This document shows positions 37,750-47,668 of a stretch of 64,000 nt of DNA, piece by piece; the stretch's first letter is position 1; each line of letters opens with the position of its first letter. The notes under the pieces are model-generated. The model made no database searches. It saw only the letters and a program-made list of their open reading frames with translations, and was not told the origin of the DNA. The translations under genes were made by a program, and so were the position numbers. The stretch lies in IMG/VR virus record IMGVR_UViG_3300021387_000812; one strand, given 5' to 3'. Source of the stretch: an uncultured virus (IMG/VR IMGVR_UViG_3300021387_000812). Lineage: Duplodnaviria > Heunggongvirae > Uroviricota > Caudoviricetes.

Positions 37750-38076
37750 ATGAATAACGCAGCAGTCTGCGTTATCCATATAAAGGCCGGCTTTAAAAGA
37801 GCCGGCCGAAAAAAGATTAAAGGGAGTGATTCTATCTACATCTACGGCGACGAAGACCAGAACGACCTGATGCAACTGATCAACGACTACAAAGAAGAAG
37901 AAGGAGAAGAGATTATGGACAACAGCAAGATCGCGGAACTGGAACGGGACATTCGTAACTATCAGCAGGCGATTGAGAACGCGGAAGGTGCGCTCGATGA
38001 AGCGGAACGGGAGCTGGCTGAAGAGCTGGACCGCCGCTACAATGGTGGCGACACCTGCCCGGAGTGCAATGAATAA
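37750..38076 (+). CDS. Hypothetical coiled-coil protein (start may be 37915)
   Basis: ORF; internal AAGGAG RBS. Confidence 0.5.
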   Translation: MNNAAVCVIHIKAGFKRAGRKKIKGSDSIYIYGDEDQNDLMQLINDYKEEEGEEIMDNSKIAELERDIRNYQQAIENAEGALDEAERELAEELDRRYNGGDTCPECNE

Positions 38077-38090
38077 GTAAAGGATCGTAT

Positions 38091-38123
38091 GCGGGAGCCG
38101 GTTTAATCCGGCTCCCGCTTTTT
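38091..38123 (+). terminator. Intrinsic terminator
   Basis: GCGGGAGCCGG/CCGGCTCCCGC plus T5. Confidence 0.85.
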
Positions 38124-38137
38124 AAAAGGAGAATAGT

Positions 38138-38596
38138 ATGAGTTATTACGCACGCTGGTCAGGCAATTTGAAGCTCAAACAGAAGCCGTCTCAGGATGAG
38201 CTGTCTCAGATCTTCAGCCTGATCACAGTGGATTACTACGATGAGTCCAGTCTCCGTATCGAAACCAGCGACATGAAGAAGTACGACGAAGCGGAAACCG
38301 AAGCGATGTTGGAGAAGCTCGTGCCGTTTATCGCGTCCGGAGAACTTGATTACACCGGAGAAGACGAAGCAAGATGGCGCTATGTGTTTAAGGACGGCCG
38401 CTGGGAAGAAGAGCAGGGTGTGATCATTTATGAAAGCGAACTGCCTGTTCTCAAAGATAAAACCCGGCAGGAGAATCTGATTAACCGCATCATCGACATG
38501 CTCGGCGAGTACGCCCGCACAGAGATTGATTCAGACTGGACAGAGATCAAGGAGCAGCTGACTAACATTATGACAGAAGCAAAGATCTTTCAGTAA
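38138..38596 (+). CDS. Hypothetical protein (paralog of 8891..9400)
   Basis: GED...WRY.F.DG.WEE motif; RBS. Confidence 0.75.
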   Translation: MSYYARWSGNLKLKQKPSQDELSQIFSLITVDYYDESSLRIETSDMKKYDEAETEAMLEKLVPFIASGELDYTGEDEARWRYVFKDGRWEEEQGVIIYESELPVLKDKTRQENLINRIIDMLGEYARTEIDSDWTEIKEQLTNIMTEAKIFQ

Positions 38597-38605
38597 GGAG
38601 AGTCT

Positions 38606-38836
38606 ATGAAAATCGGAAAATATCTGCCGGCCGGCAGGAAAGTTGTTGTAGTGTATCGTACATACGGCCCGCACGGCGAAGATCTCCTTTCAAACCAGTG
38701 TCTCTGGGACGGGGAGAAGATGAGTCCGATTGGTTACGATGAATGCGGCAGTGTGAATGACGAGATAATCGATTATAAATGGGATGGCGATGACTGTCTC
38801 GTAGTCTGGTACGCAAGCAGGTGGATTGAAGGATGA
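38606..38836 (+). CDS. Hypothetical protein
   Basis: RBS; packing. Confidence 0.65.
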   Translation: MKIGKYLPAGRKVVVVYRTYGPHGEDLLSNQCLWDGEKMSPIGYDECGSVNDEIIDYKWDGDDCLVVWYASRWIEG

Positions 38837-39081
38837 GATTAAAGGTCTTCTATGAAGGCGTGGATGTAAAGCCTGGAGATGTGGTGGTTGTCCGGCCGGA
38901 GCGTGAACTTGTAACCGCAAGTGAAGCACAGGAGCTCCACAAGATTACGCAAAACGCTTTCCCGGATAACCGTGTCGTTATTATCTGGGCTGATTCTCAT
39001 ATCCAGAAGTATGACAAGGAAAGTTTCCTTGCGTTTTTGGATAACCTTAAGAGACAAATGGAAGGAGAACAAAATAAATGA
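38833..39081 (+). CDS. Hypothetical protein
   Basis: ATGA overlap. Confidence 0.65.
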   Translation: MRLKVFYEGVDVKPGDVVVVRPERELVTASEAQELHKITQNAFPDNRVVIIWADSHIQKYDKESFLAFLDNLKRQMEGEQNK

Positions 39082-39290
39082 AACTTTATACACTCCCGTT
39101 TTGTCCGAAGTGCGAGCTGGCTAAAGCCAAACTGGATGAAGCCGGCTGCAAGTATGAAGTCGTCTGTGATGAACAGCAGGCGATTGCCATCGGTTTGAAG
39201 GTTGCACCGTGTCTGGTTACTGAATCCGGCAACAGATACGGCTTGAAGGAAATCATTTCAATATGTAAAGGAGAAGGTTCATTTGAGTGA
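39078..39290 (+). CDS. nrdH: Glutaredoxin-like NrdH protein
   Basis: CPKC and APCL motifs; upstream of nrdD. Confidence 0.75.
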   Translation: MKLYTLPFCPKCELAKAKLDEAGCKYEVVCDEQQAIAIGLKVAPCLVTESGNRYGLKEIISICKGEGSFE

Positions 39291-39913
39291 TTTCGCTTAC
39301 GCAGACAAACAACACTACCTGGATTTCATCGAAGAATATTCTAACGCATCCAACGCTGCATCTGGTAGCAAAGTAGATTCCAACGCCAACGTGGAGCACA
39401 AGACAGTCACCACCCTGGCCGGAGAGATCTACAAAAAAGAAGGCATCGCGCTTAACAGGCTGGCGATGCAGCAGAGACTGACTGAACTGTACGGCAGGGA
39501 GCTGGCCGATCAGTACATTGATGACCTGGAGAACCACAGAATCTACCGGCATGATGAGACGGCCCTTGTTGGAACCCCTTATTGCGCGTCCATCACCATG
39601 TATCCGTTCCTTTTACACGGTTTGAAAGGATTGGGCGGTTCATCGACAGCTCCCCACAATCTCAGATCTTATAACGGTTCGTTCGTGAACCTGGTATATG
39701 CGGTAGCTGCGGAGCTAGCTGGCGCTGTTGCAACTCCTGAATATCTGCCGTATATGGATTACTTTATCCGCAAAGAATACGGAGACGATTATTATCTCAG
39801 AGCCGATGAAGTAGTAGACATGTCATCCCTTCATCGCACAATTGATAAAGTGATTACAGACAGCTTCGAGCAAGTTGTTTATTGTATAAATCAGCCAGCC
39901 GGAGCAAGGAACT
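39283..39913 (+). CDS. nrdD: Anaerobic ribonucleotide reductase, exon 1
   Basis: VDSNANV, IY.HD, PYCAS, AGAVA, NQPAGARN; joins exon 2 in frame as ARN-Y-QSVFWN. Confidence 0.88.
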
Positions 39914-41062
39914 CGATGGGTTCCCTTTTGCAGTAATGCAATTGTTAAAAACGTGGTGAACCTACAAATGTAGGGTGTCGCTTAATGCGGCTAACGGGGA
40001 AGACTAAAGTGGGAAAGTTTATTGATTTAACAGGTAAAAAATTCGGACGTCTTTTAGTGATAAAAAGAGGGGAAACAATTAACAAAAGGACAAACTGGGT
40101 ATGTGAATGTGAATGCGGAAATATTGTGGAAATAAACTCATATAATTTATTAAAAGGGCGAACAAAGAGTTGTGGATGTTACCGCAAGGAAAAGTTAAGC
40201 AAAGATAAACTTGTCGATATAACAGGTTTGAAATTTGGACAGCTGACAGTTATATCTTTTGTTGGCAGCCGTTATCATAATGGATTAAGTAATGGAACTT
40301 TGTGGCTTTGCGAATGTTCTTGCGGCAACCAAATAATAGTCCCTAAAATGAATTTAATAAAGGGCTTAACACAATCATGTGGACACAAAGGAACTAGAAT
40401 AAAAGATAAAATAGGACAACGATTTGGTTTGCTCACCGTTGAAAAACTTGATCATATTGATGAAAGAGATAAACATGCTTACTGGTTATGTAAATGCGAT
40501 TGCGGAAACCACACAGTTGTAGATAGCGGAAGCTTAAGTAGTGGAAATACAAAATCTTGTGGATGTTTACATTCGCTTGGTGAGCATCTTGTACAAAAAG
40601 AATTAGAATTATATGGTCTGAGTTTTATTAGAGATGCGTGTTTTGATTCGTTGTTAAGCGAGAAGGGATACCCGTTAAAGTTTGACTTTTTAATATATAA
40701 TAAAGACATTATGGTCTTAATTGAGTATCAAGGAATACAGCATTACATAGATACCGATTATGGAAGATATCAAAGAGAGACATCTGATTTATTAAAAAAA
40801 GAATGGTGTAAAAAAAATAATATACCATTGTATGAAATAAAATATGACGAAGAGATAAATAGTAAACTACAATGGATATTAAAAACCACAAAGTTAATCC
40901 CGTGCCAAGAACTTACAAAAGTAAGTTAAGGTGTAACGACTATCCTGTAAAGGAGTACATTCGCCGTGCAACTCGGCGTTTGGAAGTGCCACGCCCTTGC
41001 TTTGCAAGGTGAAGATATAGTCTATTCCGCTAATAAATATCGGGAAACCGACGGTATTGAAG
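39914..41062 (+). mobile_element. Group I intron in nrdD (1149 nt)
   Basis: P1 GGAACU/GGUUCC with U.G at the splice site; ACGACTA and GAAGATATAGTCT (P7 elements); terminal G41062; splicing restores frame. Confidence 0.9.
40009..40929 (+). CDS. Intron-encoded homing endonuclease (Cys repeats plus Vsr/DUF559-like nuclease)
   Basis: Three D..G.KFG.L.V..W.C.C.CGN..T.SCG repeats; FDF..IEYQGIQHY. Confidence 0.82.
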   Translation: MGKFIDLTGKKFGRLLVIKRGETINKRTNWVCECECGNIVEINSYNLLKGRTKSCGCYRKEKLSKDKLVDITGLKFGQLTVISFVGSRYHNGLSNGTLWLCECSCGNQIIVPKMNLIKGLTQSCGHKGTRIKDKIGQRFGLLTVEKLDHIDERDKHAYWLCKCDCGNHTVVDSGSLSSGNTKSCGCLHSLGEHLVQKELELYGLSFIRDACFDSLLSEKGYPLKFDFLIYNKDIMVLIEYQGIQHYIDTDYGRYQRETSDLLKKEWCKKNNIPLYEIKYDEEINSKLQWILKTTKLIPCQELTKVS

Positions 41063-42348
41063 ATCAAAGCGTGTTCTGGAACATTGCTTACTTCGACGAG
41101 AAGTATTTCAAAGGCATGTTCGAAGACTTTGTGTTCCCGGATGGAGACTCCATGCGTTGGGAGTCCGTATCCTGGCTGCAAAAAAGATTTATGAACTGGT
41201 TCAACGAAGAACGCAGGCGTGCGGTGTTAACATTCCCAGTTGAAACGGTAAACCTTCTGGACGATGGAACCAAATACCTAGATGAAGAATGGGCTGACTT
41301 CGCCGCTGAAATGTGGAGCAAAGGCCATTCATTCTTTATGTACCGCTCAGACAACGTAGACAGCTTGGCAAGCTGCTGCAGGCTCCGCAATGAGATTGAA
41401 GACAACCAGTTTTCCTATACGCTCGGAGCCGGTGGCGTCTCTACCGGGTCTAAGTGCGTCATCACAATCAATCTCAACCGCCTGGTACAGGATGCGGTCA
41501 GAGAATACAACTCCAGCTATCCGGATGTTGCAGATAATTGGGCTCCAGTAAGAGATTATATCTGCAATAAAGTTGATGAGCAGGTCACCAGAGTCCACAA
41601 ATATCTTGCCGCGTTCAACACGATTCTTGAAGACCGCCGCAAAGCTAAGCTGATCCCACTTTACGATGCCGGATTCGTCTCTCCTGAACGTCAGTATCTG
41701 ACAGTCGGGATTAACGGCGGAGTGGAAGCAGCCGAGTTCCTGGGCTGCAAAATCAAACCCAATGATGCGCTTTACGAAGACTTCATGAATCATATCCTGA
41801 AAACAATCTACGAAGCAAACAAACGGGACCGCACGCATAAACTCATGTTTAATACAGAGTTCGTGCCAGCGGAGAACCTTGGGGTCAAGCATGCACGGTG
41901 GGACACCAAGGCCGGATACAAAGTCCCGCGCAAATGCTACAACAGCTACTTCTATGTTGTAGAAGATCCCACCACATCCATCGTAGATAAGTTTATTCTC
42001 CACGGCAAGAAGTTCACTCAGTATCTTGACGGCGGCTCTGCTCTCCATGCAAACCTGGATGAGCATCTGACCAAGTCACAGTACAGGAAACTGATGGACA
42101 TCGCAATCCAGACAGGCTGCCCATACTTTACCTTCAACGTGCCCAACACGGTCTGCCGTGACTGCGGTCACATCTCTAAGATGCGGCTGAAGGCATGTCC
42201 GAAGTGCGGCTCAACCAATCTGGATTACGCAACGCGTATTATCGGATATCTCAAGCTTGTTTCATCCTTCTCTGAAGCAAGGCAGGAAGAAGAGCACATC
42301 CGGTACTACGCCAACCTTCCTGAAAACACAGGTGAATCTAATGCTTAA
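41063..42348 (+). CDS. nrdD: Anaerobic ribonucleotide reductase, exon 2
   Basis: TFPV, SCCRL, TINLNR, PAENLG, GGS, Zn ribbon, glycyl-radical TRIIGYL. Confidence 0.92.
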
Positions 42349-42832
42349 ATATTTAGGTGGAACAATCGTTGCTTCGGAAGTGCCGGACGAGCTATCGCTT
42401 GCAATTGTAATCTCCGGTTGCACACATCAATGTCCGGACTGTCACTCCAAGTATAGCTGGAAGGATACAGGCCAACCGCTGCTCGAACATCTGCCCATCA
42501 TACTCAAACAGTACAAGCAGTACATCACATGCGTCTGTCTGATGGGCGGCGATCAGGATCAGTCCGAACTCAGAGAGATCTGCCAGCAAGTACACGCAGA
42601 AGGTCTCAAAACCTGCCTGTACACTGGTTTGGATGAGATGTCTCAGATAAACAAAAGGCTTTTGGATGAGCTGGATTATATTAAGCTCGGCCGCTTCGAT
42701 AAGAAGGCCGGCCCGCTGAACTCTCCCACAACCAATCAGCGGATGTATATGAAAGACATCTCTCCTTTTGATGAAACGGAAGACTGGTTTGATATCACAG
42801 AACGCTTCTGGCCCAGGAAAGATCTCCTTTAA
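42341..42832 (+). CDS. nrdG: Anaerobic RNR activase
   Basis: EVPDE, GCTHQCPDCHS radical SAM motif, TNQR. Confidence 0.9.
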   Translation: MLKYLGGTIVASEVPDELSLAIVISGCTHQCPDCHSKYSWKDTGQPLLEHLPIILKQYKQYITCVCLMGGDQDQSELREICQQVHAEGLKTCLYTGLDEMSQINKRLLDELDYIKLGRFDKKAGPLNSPTTNQRMYMKDISPFDETEDWFDITERFWPRKDLL

Positions 42833-42835
42833 AAC

Positions 42836-42868
42836 GTGGGACATTCGAAAATAGATATAATGGAGAGA
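42836..42868 (+). promoter_or_regulatory. Conserved promoter-like motif, copy 5
   Basis: GTGGGACATTCGAAAAT-agata-TAATGGAGAGA. Confidence 0.72.
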
Positions 42869-42893
42869 AGACCCATTAAAAGGAGATGAGAAT

Positions 42894-43403
42894 ATGATCT
42901 TTGCAATAGACCCTGGCAACGAACAGAGCGCCTGGTGTGTGATGACCGGCGATTACAAGCTGCTCGACTTTGGCAAGGCGCCAAACAAAGAAGTAATGGC
43001 ACACATGCTCTACGTCTTAAAGGATACATCAACATCTATCTCTCTGATCGATGGTGTAATTATCGAGCGCATCGCTTCGTACGGCATGCCTGTTGGTAGG
43101 GAAGTCTTCGACACCTGCGAATGGATCGGACGCTTCACGCAGGAAGCGGAGAAGCTGGTGAAGGTGGATTACATCTACCGCAAAGAAGAGAAGCTGTATA
43201 TCTGCGGCAGCCCGAAAGCAAAAGACGCTAATATCCGGGCCGCACTCATCGAAAGGTTTGCCCAGCACGATTTTAAGAACGGCCGTGGCACAAAGAGTAA
43301 CCCGGACGTATTCTACGGAGTCAAGGCAGACGTGTGGGCAGCCATCGCAGTCGCGGTAACATATCTGGATATGCAAAAGGAAACTAAAAAGCCCGCCGTG
43401 TAA
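42894..43403 (+). CDS. RuvC-like Holliday junction resolvase
   Basis: IFAIDPG, VIIE, D.WAA.AVA. Confidence 0.7.
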   Translation: MIFAIDPGNEQSAWCVMTGDYKLLDFGKAPNKEVMAHMLYVLKDTSTSISLIDGVIIERIASYGMPVGREVFDTCEWIGRFTQEAEKLVKVDYIYRKEEKLYICGSPKAKDANIRAALIERFAQHDFKNGRGTKSNPDVFYGVKADVWAAIAVAVTYLDMQKETKKPAV

Positions 43404-43435
43404 AAGCGGCGGGCGCTTTATCAGGAGAGAAGCCT

Positions 43436-43756
43436 ATGTCTCATAAAAAAACCTATATCTACCACATGCAGATCGGCCACGACGACAAAGTCGAAGTCGA
43501 CTGCTTCATGGCGGCAGGCAATGCCGGGATCGCAGTAGACTTCTGCAAAGAACTTTACCGCGATAAGAAGTACAACTCCTACCGGGCCAATAAAGTAGGT
43601 GTGTACCACGAAAAAATGGAAACCAGGATTCTGGACGCCGGCACTGAGTATAAACTTCGCCAGGCGGGAGCTGATAAAGGTGAAAAATACAGTGAAAGAG
43701 AGATTGAAAGGCCGCGATTTGTCACGAAGGAAGAAGCAGGTGAACTTGGCCTATGA
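43436..43756 (+). CDS. Hypothetical protein
   Basis: AGGAG RBS. Confidence 0.7.
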   Translation: MSHKKTYIYHMQIGHDDKVEVDCFMAAGNAGIAVDFCKELYRDKKYNSYRANKVGVYHEKMETRILDAGTEYKLRQAGADKGEKYSEREIERPRFVTKEEAGELGL

Positions 43757-44085
43757 CGGTTCTCTTTTTCAGAGTAGAAGAAGTGCTCACAGCTCCGGAT
43801 TCTGATGCCAAAGCACCCAGCGGCAGGCCGGGCATCTCCAACAGCCTTGTAAAGGAGCTGCAAACCAAGTGGAAGGAGCAGCCGGTCGGCACACAGCTCG
43901 TTCTCTACGGAGAATGGGCCAAAGACTGGGATTTCGATGAGAGGAAGTGCACACCGGACGGCCTGTACCTGGTGAAGAAGCTGGAGAGACGCGGTCTGCA
44001 CATCATGGATAAGGCAGAAGGAGCCGAACCCATCACCGAATACCTTGAAAAGAAGCACGTCGATCATCATGTCGTGCTTGCATAA
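43753..44085 (+). CDS. Hypothetical protein, possibly degenerate HAD-like
   Basis: VLFFRVEEVL in place of a DxDGVL motif. Confidence 0.5.
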   Translation: MTVLFFRVEEVLTAPDSDAKAPSGRPGISNSLVKELQTKWKEQPVGTQLVLYGEWAKDWDFDERKCTPDGLYLVKKLERRGLHIMDKAEGAEPITEYLEKKHVDHHVVLA

Positions 44086-44095
44086 GGAGAAGCGT

Positions 44096-44368
44096 ATGAA
44101 GAAGACTTCTAAAAAAAATAAAGCCAAAAAAGAATACATTGTCATCCGCAATCCGGATCAGGACGTTGTAAATAACGTAATCCATAAGATTCAGAACAAC
44201 AACGGCTACTGTCCCTGCCGCTTCGAGCGCACACTGGAGACAAAATGCCGCTGCAAGGAGTTTAAGGAGACGGGTAACTGCATCTGCGGCCTTTACGTAA
44301 AGATTCCAAAGGAAGAAGCCGGAGATCAGCAGAGTATCGACGGGAAAATCTGGTTGGAGGACGTATAA
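44096..44368 (+). CDS. Ferredoxin-thioredoxin reductase catalytic-subunit-like protein
   Basis: GYCPCR, CRC, CICGLY Cys motifs. Confidence 0.75.
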   Translation: MKKTSKKNKAKKEYIVIRNPDQDVVNNVIHKIQNNNGYCPCRFERTLETKCRCKEFKETGNCICGLYVKIPKEEAGDQQSIDGKIWLEDV

Positions 44369-44369
44369 G

Positions 44370-44906
44370 ATGAGCGAAATAGCGCACAGGATAAAGGAAG
44401 TAGCAAGGTTCCACAAGGTATCCTTCGAACAGTTCTTGGAAGACTCAAAAAAGGCCGGATTCGTAGACGATGATGCCGATCCGGAGCTCATTCGTGTCGC
44501 CTATGACCGCATCAAGCTGCCTACAAGAGCAACCAAAGGCTCGGCTGGCTACGATTTTTATCTCCCGTATCCTTTCAGTCTCTATGCGATGCGCAATATG
44601 ACAATCCCGACCGGGATTAACGTGGAATTGGAGCCCGGCTGGATGCTGATGCTTGTTCCGCGCTCTGGACTGGGCACAAAGTATGGCATGCGGTTGGTAA
44701 ATAGTTTAGGTATCATCGACAGCGACTACATTTTTGCAAAAAATGAAGGACACATCCTTGCCGGCATCACCGTCAGCAACAACATGTGCCTGACGGATGG
44801 CGACAGGTTCGCCCAGGGAATCATCGTGCCTTACGGAATAACAAAAGACGATTGCCCGCTCTCTGAAATCAGAGAAGGCGGCTTCGGTTCAACAGGAGTT
44901 AAGTAA
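44370..44906 (+). CDS. dut: Trimeric dUTPase
   Basis: SAGYD, PRSGLG, GIIDSDY, AQGI, R.GGFGSTG. Confidence 0.95.
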   Translation: MSEIAHRIKEVARFHKVSFEQFLEDSKKAGFVDDDADPELIRVAYDRIKLPTRATKGSAGYDFYLPYPFSLYAMRNMTIPTGINVELEPGWMLMLVPRSGLGTKYGMRLVNSLGIIDSDYIFAKNEGHILAGITVSNNMCLTDGDRFAQGIIVPYGITKDDCPLSEIREGGFGSTGVK

Positions 44907-45328
44907 TGAGTGCATTTGATCACGCGTTTAAGATGACAAAAGACAAGATTGTTCACGTTCTGGATGCTCCGTCCGCAAAAGAACGTGTCAGTCGCATAAA
45001 AATGGCGCTCTTTTATCTGAACGAAATCCAGGAGAAGGTGCTTTTGCTTGAGCATTCTTATTATCAACTGATTGAGAACTCTACTGAAGCATCGAAAATG
45101 CTTTTAGCGGATAAAACGCTTATCCGCCAGCTCAATGTGTTAGTCGGAACAGCAAGCGAAATGCTTGAAAAAAAGTGGGATCAAATAAGGAGTGATAAAA
45201 ATGAGTCTGAGTCCGAAGACCACGAGCCAGATGATGAACCAGCCACCGATGATTTTGACATCGGCTACATTGAACCAGACGCCAGCCCAGCAGAAGGCCG
45301 CTGTGCAAAGTGCGGCATCTGTCTGTAA
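44906..45328 (+). CDS. Hypothetical protein
   Basis: TAATG overlap; RBS. Confidence 0.6.
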   Translation: MSAFDHAFKMTKDKIVHVLDAPSAKERVSRIKMALFYLNEIQEKVLLLEHSYYQLIENSTEASKMLLADKTLIRQLNVLVGTASEMLEKKWDQIRSDKNESESEDHEPDDEPATDDFDIGYIEPDASPAEGRCAKCGICL

Positions 45329-45968
45329 CAAACATCAGGACGATGCGCTTGCCTGTGTAGACTGTGTAGTCAAATGCCCGGCAGGATTACAGGCAATCCG
45401 CAAGCTGGATAAGGAGACCTGCAGTCTTCAGCCATATAAGAAGCTTGACATGGGTCCGCAGGCAAAGAAGCTGCGGGCCCTTCGGGATTTTATGGACGCG
45501 GAAGCGTCCGGAGATCCGGTGCGCTACATCATGGAGCACTTCGGAGTATCAACTGAGCACAAAGCAAAGGTTAAGCTGTACAACTGGCGGTGTACCTACG
45601 GCAAAGACTATGCTAAAATTCAACGTGAAATACAGGAGATTTCAGATCGATTAGCTCTGTCTGGTTATCAGATGGAGAATGAATCGTCTAAGCCGGTAGA
45701 AGCTGTAATTGCTCCGAAAACTCCCACAAATTCTGGTAGTTCTGAGCAAAAGCTGAGCCGCAGACAGGAAGAGAAGATCTCGCAGAGCTGCCTGGAGTCT
45801 CTTCGCAGAGAATTGGAAAACGAGATCCTGGCAGCCGAGAAGGATATCGAAAATCTGAATATGGAAATCGCCGCAAAACAACAAAAAATCAAGGATAACA
45901 CAGACAAGATTCAGGCGATCCGTCAGACGCTTGAGATATTTAAGAAGAAGGACGAATTGTACGTATGA
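45192..45968 (+). CDS. Hypothetical coiled-coil protein (start uncertain)
   Basis: Long ORF filling the gap; Cys cluster and C-terminal coiled coil. Confidence 0.6.
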   Translation: MIKMSLSPKTTSQMMNQPPMILTSATLNQTPAQQKAAVQSAASVCNKHQDDALACVDCVVKCPAGLQAIRKLDKETCSLQPYKKLDMGPQAKKLRALRDFMDAEASGDPVRYIMEHFGVSTEHKAKVKLYNWRCTYGKDYAKIQREIQEISDRLALSGYQMENESSKPVEAVIAPKTPTNSGSSEQKLSRRQEEKISQSCLESLRRELENEILAAEKDIENLNMEIAAKQQKIKDNTDKIQAIRQTLEIFKKKDELYV

Positions 45969-46150
45969 ATAAGGATACGAAAGTGGAACCTGGCGAGATG
46001 ATCTTCGTCCGGGATGAAACCGATACGATGATCCTGCGCGTAGTCTCCGATGACGGAGACACATTAACAGCCGAGACCACAAGGGGAGAGCAGGTTGTCT
46101 ACAATCTGATCCCAAAAGAGATGCGCAACCTATTTGAAAAAAGGGGATAA
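45965..46150 (+). CDS. Hypothetical protein
   Basis: ATGA overlap. Confidence 0.6.
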   Translation: MNKDTKVEPGEMIFVRDETDTMILRVVSDDGDTLTAETTRGEQVVYNLIPKEMRNLFEKRG

Positions 46151-46156
46151 AAAAGA

Positions 46157-46783
46157 ATGGAGTTTAGAACTTTGGAAATCGCGGGCTTCAGGCCCGCGAT
46201 GCAGGCGATGCGCAACCCGATGAACAGTTGGGAAAAGAATGACTCCACAGATCTAATGAACGGAATGGGCCTGGGCCCGAATGATAAGGAGCTGACTCTC
46301 CGGCTGCAGAAGGCCGGGCCGGAGCATGCAAAACATCTCCGTCTGATTCAGGTGTACGTAAACATCCGTGCACCCAGGTATTGGTGGACGGAGTGTGACA
46401 CGTACCGCGCCGGCGTTGAGAAGGTCTCCTGTTCCACCATGCATAAACTGATGGCTAGGCCGCTGGCGCTGACTGATTTTGAGTGCGAAACCGAAGCTGA
46501 GCTCGCTCTCGAATCCGTCATCCGTGCGCTCAATGCTCGCATGGAGAACTACAAGGAGCTGATGAAGTCCGGAGCGACGCTCGAAGCCAAAGAGATCTGG
46601 CGCTCCATTATTCAGCTTCTGCCGCAGTCATACATTCAGGAGAGAACCATGATGTTCTCTTATGCGGCGCTCCGCAACATCATTCACCAGCGGCAGGGAC
46701 ACAAGCTCCACGAGTGGGCTCAGTTCATTGAATGGTGCAAGACCCTGCCGGAAGCAAAGGTGTTGTTGTTCGATGATGATTGA
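46157..46783 (+). CDS. ThyX-like (flavin-dependent thymidylate synthase fold) protein
   Basis: H.K.LR, AP.YWW...DTYR, S.STMH, LLP.SY, QR..H.L.EW. Confidence 0.65.
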   Translation: MEFRTLEIAGFRPAMQAMRNPMNSWEKNDSTDLMNGMGLGPNDKELTLRLQKAGPEHAKHLRLIQVYVNIRAPRYWWTECDTYRAGVEKVSCSTMHKLMARPLALTDFECETEAELALESVIRALNARMENYKELMKSGATLEAKEIWRSIIQLLPQSYIQERTMMFSYAALRNIIHQRQGHKLHEWAQFIEWCKTLPEAKVLLFDDD

Positions 46784-46901
46784 CAGCATTATGAACAGGA
46801 TTACCTTCGTGCTCGTGCTGATGATCATCCTGTATCTGATCTGGTGTGATCACGATGACTTCACAAATAATGATGATGATTACAAAACTTAAGGAGATTG
46901 T

Positions 46902-47132
46902 ATGGATCTGATTAAAATTAAAACCAACGATAACAACACATACTATATAAATGCGAACCATGTGAATCAGTTTATGTATAACTCAAACAGTAACACGACA
47001 GTTATATACACAAGAGAAGGACGTCTCAGTTTCGACGGAGATAAAACAAAAGAACTCGCAAAGATGCTGACAACAATTCGCGAAGGAAACCTGATGGTGA
47101 TGGGGGAAGAATGGACAGAGAGAAGTTTATAA
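46902..47132 (+). CDS. Hypothetical protein
   Basis: AAGGAG RBS. Confidence 0.65.
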   Translation: MDLIKIKTNDNNTYYINANHVNQFMYNSNSNTTVIYTREGRLSFDGDKTKELAKMLTTIREGNLMVMGEEWTERSL

Positions 47133-47650
47133 AAGACCTTACAATAGCCGGTGGTAAAAATGTGTATGGATTAATAGGGAGCAACGAGAAGTTGCTCTCT
47201 TTCCTTGAGCGGCGTGGGTTCTTTGACGCACCTGCGAGTACCCGGTTTCACGGAGTCTATGCCGGCGGATTGTACGATCACAGCATGAACGTAACCAAAC
47301 GTCTGCTCTGGCTCACGGAGAGCCTGGATCTTCAGTGGCAGCGGCCGGAGAGTCCCTGGTTGATCGGGATCTTCCACGATCTCTGCAAGTTCGACCAGTA
47401 TGTATTGGCTGACGGCAAGTATAAAACCAATGAAGACCGCAAGTTGAAAGGTCATGGTGACAAATCTGTCGCCATCCTGTCTTATTACATGGATCTCACA
47501 GAAGAAGAGCAGCTCTGTATCCGCTATCACATGGGAGCTTACGAGACTAAAGATTGGAACGAGTTCGACAAGGCCATCCGCAAGTATCCGACGGTGCTCT
47601 ATACCCATCTTGCAGACATGCTTGCGAGCAAAGTAGACGAAAACGAATAA
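47111..47650 (+). CDS. HD-domain phosphohydrolase
   Basis: APAS.RFH...GGL..HS, HDLCK, GHG, YHMG, H.AD. Confidence 0.9.
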   Translation: MDREKFIKDLTIAGGKNVYGLIGSNEKLLSFLERRGFFDAPASTRFHGVYAGGLYDHSMNVTKRLLWLTESLDLQWQRPESPWLIGIFHDLCKFDQYVLADGKYKTNEDRKLKGHGDKSVAILSYYMDLTEEEQLCIRYHMGAYETKDWNEFDKAIRKYPTVLYTHLADMLASKVDENE

Positions 47651-47668
47651 AAGAGAGAAGGTGCGGCC

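Noticed and set aside
39283..39936. Truncated or split nrdD pseudogene
   Set aside because: Group I intron splicing restores an intact frame; the annotated ORF end and the 40966 start are intron sequence.
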